Below, one piece after another: positions 62,356 through 64,000 of a stretch of DNA of 64,000 nucleotides. The stretch comes from an uncultured Candidatus Poseidoniales archaeon (GTDB taxonomy: Archaea > Thermoplasmatota > Poseidoniia > Poseidoniales > CAYMED01), in NCBI GenBank assembly GCA_964389655.1, contig CAYMED010000002.1, forward strand, positions 1 through 64,000. Direction: 5' to 3'. The translations under genes and the position numbers were made by a program. The notes beneath the pieces are model-generated. The model saw only the letters and a list, made by a program, of their open reading frames with translations. It did no database searches and was not told the DNA's origin. Position 1 is the first letter of the stretch, and each line of letters begins with the position of its first letter.

Positions 62356-62385
62356 TCGTCATACCCCTTCATCTGGACTATCCAT

Positions 62386-63372
62386 TTATTCATCCCCACT
62401 AATTGGTTCTGATTCAACCACTCGAATGGTCATTCTTGCAATTCCAATGCAGAGTCCAACGAGACAAACCCCCGTCATCAAAAATGCAATTAGCGCCCCA
62501 ACTACTGGATTTAGTTGTGCCATCCTCGCAATTTGAAAGGCCCCCACGTCTAGTAAGCAATGAGTAAGAACTGCGGTGGGAAGCCCACGTCGAAGATACA
62601 TCCAACCTAGGACAAACCCTCCAATTGTTGCTGGAAATATTTTCCATATTCCATAAGCAGATAAGTGCAAGCCCCCGAAAACGAGGGAACTTAGGACAAG
62701 TAAAGCAATTGGAAAAGGCGTCCATGGCCTATTCCTAAGTGGCCCTTTCCAAAGGTCCTCTGGGTCACTCTTATTCCCCCTGATTCGATGATATAACCAC
62801 AAAGGAAACCCAATAAGCACCAGACGACTTACAATTTCTTCCCATGCGCCAGCATTCATCATTAATGTCCAAACCATCCCAGGGGGTAATTGTGTAAAAT
62901 CTGGCCCCTCGATGTAAATACCAGTAAGCCATGCAAGTAGCATCGTAACTAAAGATACTAATATCATAATACTGATTGCAAAACCGACCTCCCCCATATT
63001 TGTGTCACTATCATTTCTATTTCGTCTACCGGGATTCGCTTTGTTGAGCGTGTGGAAGAGAAGAAGCATGATCAATAACATCCAAGGCGCCCTCTCCCAG
63101 CCATTCAACACAAACCATACGCTAAGCCCCCCTTCTGAAATGAACGATGGGCCCACAAATTGTAGGGCCTGCCCCCAATCCCCTTCTCTCCAATGAAAAA
63201 GAACATTGATTGTTGGAGTAATCATCAGTGTCAAGAGAGATATACCCCACCAGATATATTCGTTAATCTTGGTAAACAGTTTGATCAACTCACTTTTTCG
63301 CAATATTCTAGCATTCGAAATGCCTATTGTTGCGTGGATTATCCGGGGCTTTCCCCTCCCATCCATAGTCAC
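62386..63372 (-). CDS. CPBP (CAAX/Abi, Rce1-like) intramembrane glutamic protease
   Basis: AWEEIVSR, SSLVFGGLH, G...GW.Y.RRGL..AVLTH...D. Multi-TM. Exact start uncertain. Confidence 0.88.
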   Translation of the reverse strand: MTMDGRGKPRIIHATIGISNARILRKSELIKLFTKINEYIWWGISLLTLMITPTINVLFHWREGDWGQALQFVGPSFISEGGLSVWFVLNGWERAPWMLLIMLLLFHTLNKANPGRRNRNDSDTNMGEVGFAISIMILVSLVTMLLAWLTGIYIEGPDFTQLPPGMVWTLMMNAGAWEEIVSRLVLIGFPLWLYHRIRGNKSDPEDLWKGPLRNRPWTPFPIALLVLSSLVFGGLHLSAYGIWKIFPATIGGFVLGWMYLRRGLPTAVLTHCLLDVGAFQIARMAQLNPVVGALIAFLMTGVCLVGLCIGIARMTIRVVESEPISGDE

Positions 63373-63456
63373 TTCCCCCTCCTGCTCGCTGGCTGCCTCA
63401 TCGGTGATGAGTATAAGTGGGGTTACCGATTCGTGTACTTGTCGAATGGTGTCAAC

Positions 63457-64000
63457 ATGAGCGAAGATGAGGCCGAAGAATCTTCAGATGAAATGACTCC
63501 CGAGCAAAACATTGCCCATTTGCAAGAGCGTTTGCTTCAGGAAACAGACCGCTTGACTAAGTTGTTCGATGCGTATGAAGAACAACACAAAGAATTCATT
63601 GATGCCAAAGCAGAGATTGATGTATTGGAGCGAGAAATTGTTGAGAAAGACATTGATCGAGAGGGTCTTGAATCCCTCATCGGCGAGAAAGATGATCGAT
63701 TTAGGGAACTTGAAACGCGTTTTGCCAAATCCAACAAGCGGTTAGAATACTACGAGGTTGAACTTCCAAAAATGGAAGAAAAGTATCAGCGAGAAAAAGA
63801 AAGGTTAGGCCGTGTTTTTGAATTAGCCGAAGAACTTGACGATGACCTCCGGATGGCAGTTGTAGAAATGAAGGCACGAGACGAATGGTATGTTGAACAT
63901 CTGCAACTGTTTGAGGATTTGAATACTGCAATCAAGAAACGATATACTATGGTTGAAGAAGCTCTTGAGACCGAACGAAAAAGTGGACATCGACACAGAG
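63457..64000 (+). CDS. 3'-truncated coiled-coil protein (not in the ORF track)
   Basis: ATG 63457 opens a stop-free frame to the window end: MSEDEAEESSDEMTPEQNIAHLQERLLQETDRLTKLFDAYEEQHKEF..., E/K/R heptads. Confidence 0.8.
   Translation, partial: MSEDEAEESSDEMTPEQNIAHLQERLLQETDRLTKLFDAYEEQHKEFIDAKAEIDVLEREIVEKDIDREGLESLIGEKDDRFRELETRFAKSNKRLEYYEVELPKMEEKYQREKERLGRVFELAEELDDDLRMAVVEMKARDEWYVEHLQLFEDLNTAIKKRYTMVEEALETERKSGHRHR

Overview
Archaeal chromosomal DNA (L18e-L13-S9-RpoN-tRNA-Pro cluster, MCM, GatE, Trm1, Pth2, two PAC2 proteasome chaperones). The added NAD-dependent ligase, class Ia ribonucleotide reductase and giant acidic Ca-binding surface proteins suggest marine Thermoplasmatota (Marine Group II/Poseidoniales-like; inference). 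No CRISPR array, transposase or integrase is visible. Best leads: (1) a candidate three-part cobalamin-scavenging locus at 46.3-50.7 kb, made of a PGF-CTERM surface protein with two apparent DUF4430-like domains, a DUF4430 lipoprotein and a CbrT-type ECF S-component; (2) ORB-like boxes between purM and mcm, a candidate replication origin or Orc1-controlled promoter; (3) an AddAB/AdnAB-like helicase-nuclease pair in which both subunits keep the 4-Cys Fe-S staple, plus a third standalone nuclease of that type near ligA; (4) a eukaryote-like NrdA with an eroded ATP cone; (5) giant DHDNDG-repeat/DUF4129 surface proteins next to a GQQ-rich protein; (6) a methyltransferase islet holding one AT-rich intact gene and one multiply broken pseudogene. 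All family calls come from motif recognition by eye, not database searches.
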